A stretch of DNA of 63,628 nt, filler included, from Saprolegnia diclina VS20 (GCF_000281045.1; 7 parts of 3 records of this genome joined end to end with filler, not necessarily neighbours in it); one strand, 5' to 3'. Shown: positions 23,907 through 36,060, counted from the first letter of the whole stretch. Program-made: numbers and translations. Notes: generated by a model from the sequence alone, not told the origin.

Positions 23907-25244
23907 TCAATGCTGGGTGCGTGAGGCACTGGGCGACAGTCCACCCGCTGTAGCATGCGCGCGTCGGTGGGTAGTAGCAGTTGGTGCATGCGCCGCAGAG
24001 CTGCTAGGGGGCAGAGGGCGTCTTGCCGCACCGCACCACGTGTACGCAGCGTTGGCAACGCACTGCGTTTGCGTCCACCCTGCAAAGCACGATTGCGCGT
24101 AATAGCAGTTGGTGCACGTGCCACAGCCAATCACTGGAGTGTTATTGCTTGGTGCTGGTGTGATGGGTGCAGCTGACGTTGGTGCGGCGGTTGACGATGC
24201 GGGTGAAATCGAGGGAATGGACGACGCATGTGTTGGCGCCACTGAAGGCCTGCCCAAACCGTCCAGTGCTTGGCGCGCTGCCTTGGAGAAGACGTAGCCG
24301 TCGTGGCTGTCCCAGTTGATGCTCCACGTCATGACACCACGGTACGTCGGGTACGTCGTATTGGGCTGAATCGTGTCGCAGCCGACGCCTTGCGCGAGGC
24401 ATGTCAACGCCCGCTTGACAGTCTCTGGCGTCACAAAGCCCCGGCCTGCCGACGACGGGCCCGACGGAACACCGAACGAAACCTGGTCCGGACGCAGACC
24501 GTTGAACTTCCAGCCAGCGCCATAGTTGGTCTGGAACCCCTCGATGAGCATGAGCGAGCCGCCGACGAGGCAGTCGACCGTGCCTTCGTTGAGCGTGCGG
24601 CCGTCAATGTAGACAAAGCCGCCGTTGTTGTAGTACTGGACGTGGATCTGCGTGAGCTCGTTGCGGAGACCGTCAATGATCGGGAGGTACGCGCCCCAGA
24701 TACCGCTAAACGCTACGTAGCCGCCCTGGACGTACGGGTGTTCGGGCGCCATCGAGAGGTAGAACGAGTCGCCGATCTTTTGCTTGAGCTGCTTGACGCC
24801 GTTGATGAGGTTGTTGATGATCGGGAGACCTTGCGAGACGCCGTTCTCCAAGTCAATGTCGATGCCGTCAAAGCCATACTTTTTCAAAATGTCGTAGGTC
24901 GTCGAGACAAAGTTGGCCGTCTCGGTCGCATCGCCCAGCGTCACGGCACCATTTTGGCCGCCGAGCGAGAGCGCAACGATCTTGCCGGACGCTCGCAACA
25001 CCGCAATGTCAGCAATGAAGGTCGCTTCCGAGCCCGCGCCTGGGTCCAGCGTCAAGCCGACGCTGCCGTTGCCGAGTGCGCTTGCAAACGCCACGAGGAT
25101 GACGTCCCAGTCGACCGAGATTTGATGCAGTGGGTACGTGCTGCCGGCGGGGTTGGTAAAGTCGTGCCAGTACCCCACAAGCGGGTGGCGACTCAGACTG
25201 ACGCAGCTCTGGAGCAGAAGCGATATCATCAGAAGGCGGTGCAT
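23907..25244 (-). CDS. Secreted GH18 chitinase (bacterial ChiD-like) with S/T/P linker and Cys-rich C-terminal module
   Basis: Signal peptide MHRLLMISLLL, LVGYWHDF, SLGG, catalytic FDGIDIDLE, VQYYN, GVMTWSINWD; intronless. A second Cys module (23890-23997) is out of frame. Confidence 0.9.
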   Translation of the reverse strand: MHRLLMISLLLQSCVSLSRHPLVGYWHDFTNPAGSTYPLHQISVDWDVILVAFASALGNGSVGLTLDPGAGSEATFIADIAVLRASGKIVALSLGGQNGAVTLGDATETANFVSTTYDILKKYGFDGIDIDLENGVSQGLPIINNLINGVKQLKQKIGDSFYLSMAPEHPYVQGGYVAFSGIWGAYLPIIDGLRNELTQIHVQYYNNGGFVYIDGRTLNEGTVDCLVGGSLMLIEGFQTNYGAGWKFNGLRPDQVSFGVPSGPSSAGRGFVTPETVKRALTCLAQGVGCDTIQPNTTYPTYRGVMTWSINWDSHDGYVFSKAARQALDGLGRPSVAPTHASSIPSISPASSTAAPTSAAPITPAPSNNTPVIGCGTCTNCYYAQSCFAGWTQTQCVANAAYTWCGAARRPLPPSSSAAHAPTATTHRRAHATAGGLSPSASRTQH

Positions 25245-25656
25245 GCTCTTGTGTTCAAATTGGAGACTGCCCGACAGGCCCTTTTGCCCGAATTGCGACA
25301 GCGCTGCAAATGTCGAAACTATGACTTTCACAAAAGGCGATGCGGGACCGTCTAAACACGCACTGGAATTCCTCTCTTCTGAGTCGATTACAAATTGCCC
25401 AATGTTAAGGGTCCAATAGAAATATGTTGCCAACGCAAGGTTGGTCTGTGCCAGCTTAGCCGACTCCACCAACACTTGGCATTTTGGGTTAACCCAAAGC
25501 GAAGCGCCCGATGTACGCGTTATAGGAGCACGTCTGCAATGCGTGCTCGCACAATCGGTCGACGGCAATCTGCTGGTCGGCTGCTGGGCTGATCGCTTAC
25601 TATGTACACTATTTACGTACGTTTACGGACGCTAATTGAAAAAAAGATCCATCGCT

Positions 25657-26249
25657 ATGCGAGGATTGCACTTACTGCTGGTGCGTCGCCGTTGCCGTCG
25701 GGCGCTAAGAGCGAAGCTGCGTAGGCCGGTCTCTATGTGGCGCTTGTCCAGAGCGAGAATTTGACGGCGGCGGTGCGCTTTCTCTGGCCGCCAACTGGCC
25801 ACCTGGAGCCGTCGTCGACGCTGCTNNNNNNNNNNNNNNNNNNNNNNNNNNNNNNNNNNNNNNNNNNNNTTAATTAATTAANNNNNNNNNNNNNNNNNNN
25901 NNNNNNNNNNNNNNNNNNNNNNNNNCATGTGCCATGCGCCAATGCAGTGCCGCAAGAGCCGATTTGCGGTCGCTCAGGCGCTCTTGCCGGGCGTCGAGCG
26001 GTTTTACGAGGTGTGTGTTCGTGTGGTGTATCAATGTATCAAGTGGACTAGTGCGGCGGCCTCGAGCTTCGCGCGCTTGCTTCTCTTCCGACGCTGTTTA
26101 CGATCACAACCATTTGTGCCATCGCGTGCAAGAGCGAAGCGCTGGGCTACGCTGTCGACGCCAATCTCTACAGTACGATCCTCGCCAAGGCTTTTGGCGC
26201 CAGCCTTTTGCAAGAGCCTGCGACTCGTGCGTCGTCGACTGGACCTTAG
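25657..26249 (+). CDS. Hypothetical secreted protein interrupted by an assembly gap
   Basis: Spliced signal-peptide-like start MRGLHLLL/AGLYVALVQSENLTAAVRFLWPPTG before the gap; spliced coding-like tail ending TAG 26247-26249 after it. Linkage across the gap is assumed. Confidence 0.35.
25826..25925. other. Assembly gap with synthetic linker
   Basis: N44-TTAATTAATTAA-N44. Confidence 0.97.
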
Positions 26250-26292
26250 GAAATCAAAGTCAATATATTCATTTATACACGTGGAATTGCGA

Positions 26293-28052
26293 CTACTTGT
26301 CGGCCGGCAGCGACAGAAAGAGCGACCCAACGACAAAGGCGTCCAGCGCACTGTCCCACTTGAACTGCATTTGGAGGATGCCGTGGCCGTCGTCGAGCGT
26401 GCCCGCCTGCCGCCAGCAGACTGACGGTCCATCGGTGGGGGGCTCCAGTGCCACGTCGGCGCAGTGCAGTTGAACTTTATTGCCGGTGGCGAGTACGATC
26501 GTGGCGTCGACGACGGCGTGCAACGGCACCGCGGTTCCCGTCGGTGGTTGCGTCAAGCCAAAACGGAAGTACGGTCCATGCGTCGTCTCGACACGCGTCT
26601 CGGAGCTCGCGTCGACCGCCACGCCAATGTGAACGTCATCGTGTGCTCCGAGCTCGACGATCTTGATGGACGGATTTGTCTTGACAACGAGTGCGATCGT
26701 GACCTCCACTGGCTTGTCACACAGCGTCGGTGCCTTGACCGCTGGTGGCATTTCCTCCGCTGGCGACTGCTGCTTCTTTGGGGCGCCAACCGTGTCGTCG
26801 AGTAGGTCGTCGAGACCGTCCATGTTGTACACGTCGGCCAAGTACGCCATGTCGTCCTGTCGGCTCAGCTGGCGACAGGCGGCGAGGTACTGCGCCGCGA
26901 TCTCTTCGTGCTTACCCTTGTAGCGCCGCTGGAGCTGTGCACGCAACATCGGGACAGCCTCAAGCACGAGCCGCGTTTGGCTCATGACCTGCGACGACGA
27001 CGGCAAGTTGACGATTGCGAGCTCGTCCAGAAACCGCTGGACGTCGGTGAGCAGCGGGAGCTGGTCCACGAGCACGTCGTTGAGGTACTTGCGCACGCGG
27101 AGGAGCTGCGACTTGCGAAAGGACGTGAGCTGGTACTGGTCGCGCGAGACTTTGGAGCAAGTGAGGAAGTAGACCCCGAGCCACGGCTGCGCCTCGGTGG
27201 TCGTGAGTGCGAGGAGGTCCGTGGTGGGCACGACGACCCACTTTTGCTCGTGGAACTTTTTCCACTTAGCCTCGTCCTTGTACGTCCACGGCGGGTTCTC
27301 AATGAGCGCGACCAGCGACAAAAGCACGTCGTGCTTGTCGAGGAGACGCGTCAGCAAGGTCAGTGACAAGACGTGCACGCGCTCGCAAAAATACCGAAGG
27401 ATCGTGACGCATTGCACGGCGGCCCGCGACGCGCTACTGAGCTCGGCGACGATCGCGGCGCCAGCTTTATGGAACGTCGTCTGCGTCTTGAAGACGTCGC
27501 GCGGCGTCGAGAGAAGCCACGTGACCTTGCGCATGGCGTAGTCGAGCACCTCGACGAGGCTGTCATCGTCGAGCGCCTCGAAGACGTGTTCGTGGAAGAA
27601 GGCGACTTCGAGGAGGTTGCACACGACGGCTTCGTGGTACAGCTACGCAAAGCACATGAGCGACCCAGAGGCGCGCAAGATTCGCAACGAGAAAGTAGGT
27701 GCGGAGCGACGCGGCGTCCGAGACGTCGCTGGCGGCGACGTGTGGGAAGACATGGTCGGCCCAGAGCTCGGTCGTCAGGAGGTTCTGCACGAGCACGTCG
27801 AGCTTCTTGAACGTCAAGAGCGCTTCAACGACAAAATTGTCGGCCTTTTGCTTGGCGCTTTGGTGCGCCTGCAGATTGAGCTTCTCGACGTCGCCGTGGT
27901 AGCGCATCCAGTCGTTCGCGCCCATGGCGTCGAGTTCGAGAACGCGCAGCTGCTCGACCATGGCTTCAGCTTCGTGCGGCAGCACCATGTACGCTGGGCC
28001 GTCGACGCTACGCCCACATGAGCATCCGTCGTATCGCACCCTGGTACCTCAT
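26293..28052 (-). CDS. ZMYND10: ZMYND10/BLU homologue lacking the MYND finger
   Basis: EAEAMVEQL, EKLNLQAH, LYHEAVVCNLLE, LVALIENPPW, EAQPWL, RKYLNDVLVDQLP; two introns; no CxxC MYND motifs at the C-terminus. Confidence 0.75.
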
Positions 28053-28146
28053 GGCAAAGGTGATCCAAGCGCCGGAAATCGCCAAGTGAAAAGGGCCGAA
28101 GGTTTCGAGTTTCGAAAGATCGCGCCCGGAAAGGCCGCCGACCGCA

Positions 28147-28642
28147 TGCCCATGTCGATGACGCAGTGGGCCGACTGCCTGCATGTCGTGGAGGCGACGC
28201 TCACGCGCCTCGAGACCCTAAGGTGCTGCTCCGAGACGATGCAAGGCGCTGACTTCACGCAGAGACCCAGAGCCTCCGCGGTACGATTGCGAGGCTGACC
28301 CAAGCGCAACCAAGCATCCCACTACACTACACGGCAATGGCGGCCGTGCGAGGCCGACGCTACCGATTTACGCGAGCGAAATCGACGCTTCGCTGCACCG
28401 TCTGCACGCCCTTTGCGGCTCCAGTGCGGAAGAGCATCGCGCGCTACGCCGCCCGTCGGTGCTGCGCCGCTACGTCGAGGCGCGGTACGCACTTGCCAAT
28501 GAAATGTAGTTTGTATCGCTACACTAGTCAAGTCGAGAGCAAAATGCCGCCTACAACAGCAGCGTCGTTTGCGCACTGGCACCACGGGCGCAAGGCCGAC
28601 ACGACGCACGCCCTCGTGCGCCAGTTGCTCATGCCGTCGTAA
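28147..28642 (+). CDS. Small hypothetical protein (spliced)
   Basis: Coding-like segments (MPMSMTQWADCLHVVEATLTRLE; IYASEIDASLHRLHALC..RRYVEAR; ..[11 protein letters not shown]) with a plausible GT-AG intron ~28485-28528. Exon chain not fully resolved. Confidence 0.3.
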
Positions 28643-30927
28643 AGTCAAAGTGCAATGTGACGACGTAGCGGAGACGCACCTACAATCAAAAGATGAGCGA
28701 CGTTACTTTCAATATCGGAGCGTACTTGTTCGGTGCGGTAGACGACGTATTCGTTGTAGAGGAGCGAGCCGTCGGCGTCCGTGGGCTCCAGCTCGCCCTT
28801 GGGCATACGCACACCGTTGTCGCTACGACATGTGCAGCGACATATTTGTGGACAATGTGCTCGTACGTGAAATGGGTCTCGGCGGCCGGTGTCATGCGGC
28901 CAACGCCAAAGACCGAGTCGCACCCGAGGCGCTCGACCTTGTCGTAGTTGAACTCTTCCGCTTCCAGCACATCGTGCGTCTTTCCAAGGGCCGCTTCGGT
29001 GAGCATGAGCACGCCCTAGTCAACACCGTACTCAGCAATCCGCTAACTCGTGTTGGAGGACCTTGGTTTGCGTCGCGGTCGCCCAGCAATAGTTGGCCGA
29101 CTTGGACGCCACGTCGGCAAAGTACACCTAGTTCTCGGTGAAATTTAGCCCTTGCTGGTTGGACCCTACCCCTTTGCCAAACATGTAGCCCGTCGACGGC
29201 GCCTCGGGTGGCGCAATGCGGAGGCCTTTGGTCAAAATGCTGGCAATGTTGGCGAGTCGCGAGCCATGCCAGAGCAGCTACGCCACCGGTTGCTTGGGTC
29301 CTCGATACGACGATGTATTGAGAATACCTGGTGGTTGCCGACCGCGTCAAAGATGGCCGTGTGTTCCGCCTCGGCCTCGCTACACCAAGACGCTGAGGAC
29401 GACGACCCAATGCCGACTCGTACCGTTGGACGCGGTGGATGGCGTCGACTCGGAGTGCGTACTGGCGGTGCGTCGGCGCGTGCGTGAGCGCAATATATTC
29501 TTGGATGTGCTTGAACTCATCACACGCGGGGTCGACCTCGTCCATGGCCGTGTGTAGCGACGCGTAGTGGGCGTCGACCGGGTTCATGTCGACGGCAGTC
29601 TTGTTCTTGATCATTCTCTGCGTGATCTCGACGTCCGAGAGCACCTAACGCGGTTGGTACAACAAGAGCAAATCGACGCATTCTCACTTCGAGCAAATCC
29701 AGCTTGAGTTTGAGTTCCCAGATCGAGTCGATCACGGGCGGCAGGTGCATCCCAAAGTCATGCGGCACGAGCTATACACTGCATTAGCCTCCTTGTATAG
29801 GGAATATGTGTACCGTGTAAAACTCGCTCGAAAGCGACTTGAGCTGCGCCTTGCACTTGGTGAGCTGCGTGCGCAGTTTTGTCGGCAGCGCCTTCTTGCG
29901 CGTCGACCGACGACGCGTCGAGCGTGCCCCCTCGTCTGCCTCATCGTCGGTCGCCGGCTTTTCAGCCTCGAGGCTCGCCAAGTCTTGCAGCGCCCCCGAG
30001 ATGCGGTCGAGGATCGCGTAGCCCTTGTCGATCTGTTGCTTGGAGAGCTTGCCTAGTGCGAAGTTATAGACGCCGAAAGACTTTGGCGCAGACCCAGCGG
30101 CATGCGCTTGAGATCCAAGTGCATCTCGGCCATCTCTTGCGCGATCAAGTCGACATCGCAGATCATCTACACGTCTCGCATCGGCTTCACATTCGATGCC
30201 AAAGCACTCAACCTTGACGAAGGCTTGGACCGACGACGGCAGTTGCGACGGCGGCACGTCAACAGCCGGTGTCGCCGGTGCTTCCTCGTCGTTGTCGTCG
30301 CCGGTGTAGTCCAGCTCTAGGTATTATCGATACGCGCCATTCTCTTTTAAAGTACGCACCGATGAGCGTGTACTTGCCAGGCACGGGCTCGAACGGCGTT
30401 GCATCGAGCGGCCACGCGTTCTCCGTCTTGAGCTCAAACTTGGCGGTAAAGAGCGACTTGGCCGCGTCCACCGTCATGGGGCCCATGAGCTTCCGCTGAT
30501 CCAGAGGCATATGGCCATGGACGCTATATGCAAGGGTCGCACCTGCGGCGTCTTGGCGCCGATACGGCCCCACTTGAAGAAGACGTGCGCTTCGTGCACG
30601 GCCGTGTCGCGGAGGATGATTTGGATCGCGTAAAACTTGTTGTGCCTAGAGAGAGCCGTCGGCGGCGACCAGTCGAATGCAAAGTACCCTTTGACGCCAA
30701 ATGAGACGTCCGTGAGCGTGAGCATGACCGACCACACTGTGCCATCGGCCTCCTATGTCGCATTTGCTGAGCGACGAGAGTGCGGAGAACGAGCGCGTAC
30801 TTGCAGCACCGTGCCCGACTCGGCCATCTTGGAGAGAGGGTCGACGACCGCCTACGCCGCTTTTGCTGAGCGCGAACGATGCGATGACCTAGCGTCGGAC
30901 CTTGCCCTTGACGATGACACGGCTCAT
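28629..30927 (-). CDS. Poly(ADP-ribose) polymerase (WGR - regulatory - catalytic; PARP2/3-like)
   Basis: [89 protein letters not shown] triad intact; many introns. Confidence 0.9.
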
Positions 30928-31452
30928 GCTGCCTGTCTTGTTGATGTAAATTTGGCGCTTGGCCACCACGACTTCGAACTTCGAAGACCAGCACTCACGA
31001 TACTTCGAACGTCACCACATCAAGTGACAATCTCATTGTGGAGTCTTGTCGCCGTTCAGCAGTCACATACCTGTACTACTTGTCGCTTCTAGTCGTCCGT
31101 GTAGTGTACTACTAGTAGATTGCGATACCAACCACGGGCGTGTCTTTTCCCCGCCGTAAAACCAAGTGTCCTGGCTTGCAAGAGCGAAGAGCGTTTTCAC
31201 AGGTAGCCATACGAAGGTCTTTGGAGTGCGTGGGACGGGCTGTATACACTCGGGCCACGCGCCCTTGTGCTACGCAGCAGCAAGGGTCCTTGGTGGCAAA
31301 TGCAGCAGGGTCCTTGGTGGCGGAGAGACCGAGCTGAGAGCAAGATCGCAATGGCGGGCGGCGCTGATTGGCTGAAATAAAATCGAAGCTCTCTGCATTT
31401 CAGTATGGTGTGCGACGAAATACAATTCGCAGTCACAACAAGCGTGGCGTCG

Positions 31453-32818
31453 ATGTCCCTGGTCCCGTCCGCGCCGCCGCCGCCGCCGCCCGACGAGACG
31501 GCGCTGGTCGTCGCCTCGTCCAAGAAGGAGGAGATCGACGAGGAAGAGTCGCCCGTCGACCTCATGCAGCTGCCGTCGATCCCGATGCAAAAGTCGCTGC
31601 TGCTCTTGACCAACTTTTGCAGCAACACGGTCCGGTTCCTCAACCACTTCTCCAACCTCTGCGAAGAGCGGCTGACGACTGTCGCCACGAACCTCACGCG
31701 CCTCGAGATCTCGCTCGCGATCCTTGAGGCGAAGCTTAACAGCATTCCGGACCTGCCGACGACCGTCACGATCTCGGCCGCCGATATTCCCGACGACCTG
31801 CCCACGCCCGGTCTCGTTGCGCCCGTTTCGTCGTCGTCACTTATCCTCCTGATACGTTGTAGCCAATGCGCCAACGCCACCGCCGCCACCGCCTGCGCCA
31901 CCCGCCGACGGACCGGGCGCGCCGCCGCCACCACCGCCGCCCATGCCCATGCCATCCGACGATGGAGCGCCGCCACCACCACCAGCAGACGTCGAGGAGA
32001 GGAGTTTGGCCCCTGTGGCTCCTCTACTCAAGCTACGCGACGATCCGCTCTACTCCAAGTACGGCGCCCTTTGGCCAGGATGATGGTTCCTCATGCAAAT
32101 GACGTGTAGGTATTTTTCGATGCAGCGCATGGGGCTTCCGGAGGGCGCCATTGTGCACAAGATGAAGATGGACGGCGTGGACCCTAGCATTCTCAGGTAC
32201 GCGCGTCTTGCGAATCCAACGCAACCCTCATGAAACAACTGTAGCATGGACCCCGAAGGCCCGTCGCCATCGGCCACGAGCCTTGTCCCCATGGACGCGC
32301 CGTCAACCGAAATGACATTGGCGCTGGCGCCGCCGCCGCCGCCGATGGAGGACGGCCACGAGCCGTATCCCCGACCAGAATCTATATTTCCTCTCTCGGC
32401 GCCTCCTGTCGGTATGCCACCGCCGCCGCCCGCAGCCGCGTTCCCACCGCCGCCGCCGTTCGAGAGCGGTCCGCCGCCCCCGCCACCTGGCATGGCGCCC
32501 CCGACGCAGGTCGCCGACGCAGCGCCTGGCGTCATGAAGCTCAAGGACGACCCAATGTTTTCCAAGTACGCATCTCTGCTCGCCCTAGCAGCAGCCGAAT
32601 GAAGCTCGGTGTAGGTACTTCACAATGATGAAGCTGGGCATGCCCGAAGGCGCGATTCGACAAAAGATGGCGCTCGACGGCGTCACGCTCGACCTCTTTG
32701 CGTACGCGCTGCTTCCCATTCGTCATCCCACGCTCGTTGTAGGCTCGACCCGGAAGGACCGTCGCCCAACCCACCCGCGACTGCAGCGGCCAACGACGAC
32801 GACGACGACGACTTTTAA
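31453..32818 (+). CDS. WASHC3: WASH complex subunit 3 (CCDC53)-like protein with polyproline tracts
   Basis: NTVRFLNHFSNLCEERL..LTRLEISLAILEAKLNSIPDL; two copies of DPxxSKYFxMxxxGxPEGAIxxKM; acidic tail. Confidence 0.8.
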
Positions 32819-33203
32819 CCTGCTTGGAATGCACACGTCGACGTGTCGTACTCGTATGTCGCAACTGCGTCGTTGTCGTTCGCATTCGCCGTTGCTTTCG
32901 CGATCGAGAGGGATGTTCGAGATAGGGGTAGGGTAGGATTAGGGTGCGTCGACGCACACCCTTGGACAACAAAATGTGTAGCGCGGTGCGCGTCATGGCT
33001 CGTCTTGCAATATGCTTGGTCGACGACGGTCGTCTCGGCACGAAGTGGGTATCGCGCCGTGCGTCGCGCCTCGATCCGCTGTACGTCACATCAAGGCGAC
33101 CCATCGTATCGCAAAAGGTTCTTATTATACTACTTGAGGACTAACTAATGTCTCTAATAACAACGACTAACGACTTAACATCACGGACACTGAGAGGCGT
33201 CGA

Positions 33204-35221
33204 CTAGGACGGGTTCCTCGCAAACATGTCGGCCGAGATGCGCTTCATCTTTGTAATGTGACGGGCTTTGGCTTGGGACATGTTGACGATAAAGTCGTCG
33301 CCGAGGATCGTGTCAAAATACATGGTGTTGGCCTTGCGCTTGCTGGCGTCGTGCTCGGCCGCAACCTTGTTGGCGCCGCGCTTGAGCTTGAGGGTCTTCA
33401 TGACGTTGTCGAGGAGCCCTTCGCCGTGAAGATTCGCGCTTGATGCTTGGGTCGTTGGCGGCCCGTCCGACTTCATGAGCTTGGTCATCTTGTGCATGTT
33501 GATGGTGGTTTGCTGGCGCGAGTCGGCGATCTTCTTGAGCGCAATGTGGAACTGCGGAAAGCTGTTGAGAACCGCGTGAAAGTCGTCTTTTCGAATCATT
33601 TCGAGCTCGCAAAACAGCGTCGCGCGCACGTTAGCGGACCGCGGCTCGTTGTTGAGGAGCGCGATCTCGCCAAAGTACGAGCCAGCGCCCAAGACGCCGA
33701 GCTGCACCTTGCTGTTCTTGACGGAAATGTCCACTTCGACAAACCCCGAGTTGATAAAGTAAAATTCGTCGCCCTACCGCCGCTTTTCAGAAATGTTTCA
33801 CAAATTTGGTGAAAAGAACCTGCTCGCCGGCGCGGATGATGAGGTCGTGGGGCATGGCGACGACGCTTTCCATGCACTGGACGATCGCGATCGCGCCGCC
33901 CGGGGAGAGCGCTTTGAAGAGCGGGACCTTGTTGATAAAGTCGCGGTGCAGCGACAAGGTGAGCTGGAGCTTGAGGCGGTCGGGGAGGTCCACGAAGAGC
34001 TGGTTCTGCTTGTCGCTGGGCCGAACGGTCCACACGTAGTCGTAGTAGTGCCGGATCTTGTCTTGAAGCGGCAGCGGCACCTTCTTGAACCGAAGATAAT
34101 CGTTGATCGAGTCCAAATGCTCTTTGCGAGCCACCTCGGTCTTGTCGAGGTTGGCGAGCAAGTTGGCCGCGGACCCAATGATACTGGCGTTGATGCCGAT
34201 GCCAATGAGCAGCATGACGCTCGTGAAGATGCGCTCGACCGTGGTGACGGGCGCGAGGTCGTTGGCGGTCGTGACCATGATGGCAAAGTAGAAGGCGCCG
34301 ACGTACCGGTCGCTGAGCGAGTCGTTGAACGCGAACGGCGGCTTCCACGTCAATTCGTTAATGCCTTCGTACGTCACGACCCAGTAGTAGGAGCACGCCA
34401 TGAGGTGCTGCGACAGAATGAAGATCACGGCGAGCTTGAGCATGCGCAGCACGGCCGGGTTCATCTTGCGCGAGACGTACGCAGTCATGGACGCAAAGAG
34501 CGGCGACTTGGAGAGGTGGAAGACGCGGAAGAGCTTGAGGATCCGCAGAAACTTGAGCGACTGGATTTTCGGCCCTTGCTCTGGAAAGTACGAGATCTAC
34601 ATCGTCTCGTGAGGATGCCACGTCATGGTCCTTGGATGGGATGCGTACGGGGTAGCTGCTCGCTGCGTCGGCTAGAAACCACCCGTACAAGTAGTGTGTC
34701 TGGATCATCTTGACGTCGTTGATCTCTTCGCGCGTCGCCGAGTCGACGTACGACGTCCGAAACGTGATGACGACCTCGAGAATGAAGAGCGTATCGACCA
34801 CATACTGGCGCCAAGTGTGAACGAGATGCACTTGGTGTGGATACATACATACCTGCAGGTCGTCGAGGACTGTGTAGCCGTCTTTGAGCTCAAAGGCGAC
34901 TTGGACAGGCGTGACGACGACAACATAGATGGTCATGACAGCGACGAGCACGTCCCACCAGCGTTTCCACTTGGAGTTCATCGATATGACGTAGACATGT
35001 TGGCGCTTTTGCACCATCTTGGCGATCTGGTCGGCGGACATGCCGTTGAGCTCTTGCTCGAGCATGTCGGCGACGCGGTTGGTGTCCTTTGTGCTGCGTT
35101 TGGCGCCATCGACCGACGCCGTCGGCCCATCAAAGATGCCGCGGAGACGGTTCGGCGCTCGTGCCTCCTCCCTCCCGGGGTCTTCACCGCCGGCTTGGCG
35201 CGCCGGCTGCGCTTCGACCAT
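33204..35221 (-). CDS. Cyclic-nucleotide-binding-domain voltage-gated cation channel (KCNH/CNG-like)
   Basis: S1 WWDVL, S4 FLRILKLFRVFHL, S5-P-S6, C-linker, CNBD YFGEIALL..RSANVRA; several introns. Confidence 0.88.
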
Positions 35222-35332
35222 CGCACGAGATCGGTTTTGCGCTCGCCGGTTTCGACCGCCTTTCCCTATTTCAAGCGTCCTCCTCGTTTGTAACTTCGTG
35301 CACTCGACGGCGCTAACATTTTATTTCAACTC

Positions 35333-36060
35333 TTAGAACGTCAACTCAACGCGGCCAGAGACGGCGGACATGAGGATGATCTCGTCACGGACTGGAGTAG
35401 TGGCGGTCGTTGATGGAACGGTTGACACTCGTGGATCACAAGGGCTATGCAAGCCGACTCGCTTTAAGGCTGGACGACGTCTGGAGGGTCCGCAACTCGT
35501 CCTGTTCCGCTTATGACGCTCCCGTTCAAGTGTCGCCATCGTCACCTCGAGCACTTGGATGGCGAGGACGTGCAGCGCGTTGCGCCGCCGCTCGGTTGCG
35601 TACTTGGACTCGATGCGCTGCATTTTCTCAGAGGAGACACGGAGTTCGGACGCGCACGCAGCCAGCGTAGTGTCTGCAGATACGTTGAGAGCACCCATTG
35701 GATGCCCATCGTAGTACCCAGCTGGGCGCAGCGAGCGGCCATGATCGCATTTGTGTCTTCGATCATTTGAAGGCGCTCCTAACCTTGCTCATGCGATTAA
35801 TTTGCCGCCGGAGCACGTACCATGGTCACCTCATGACGTGGCAGACACGGACACCTTCCTAAACAGAGCGAATCTCTTGGCGCTTCAATGATCTGCGCAG
35901 CGTTTGTGCGAGGCAGCTTTGGCTCCGGCACTGACTCTTCGGGTGGTCTCGCAGCGTGCTGTAGCTGTAGTAGCTGCTGCAGCTCGGCTCTACATCGTCG
36001 CGATCCATGACCTTGGATAAGATCTTGGGCGTTTGAACTACTTGGCGGTCGCGACATCGG
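35333..36060 (-). CDS. Hypothetical coiled-coil protein
   Basis: Coding-like 3' ORF (ELRVSSEKMQRIESKY..EIILMSAVSGRVELTF*); 5' exons uncertain. Confidence 0.35.

Noticed and set aside
25870..25881. Palindromic TTAATTAATTAA recurring six times
   Set aside because: Always centred in a 100-bp N-gap and gives stops in all frames; a scaffolding linker, not biology.
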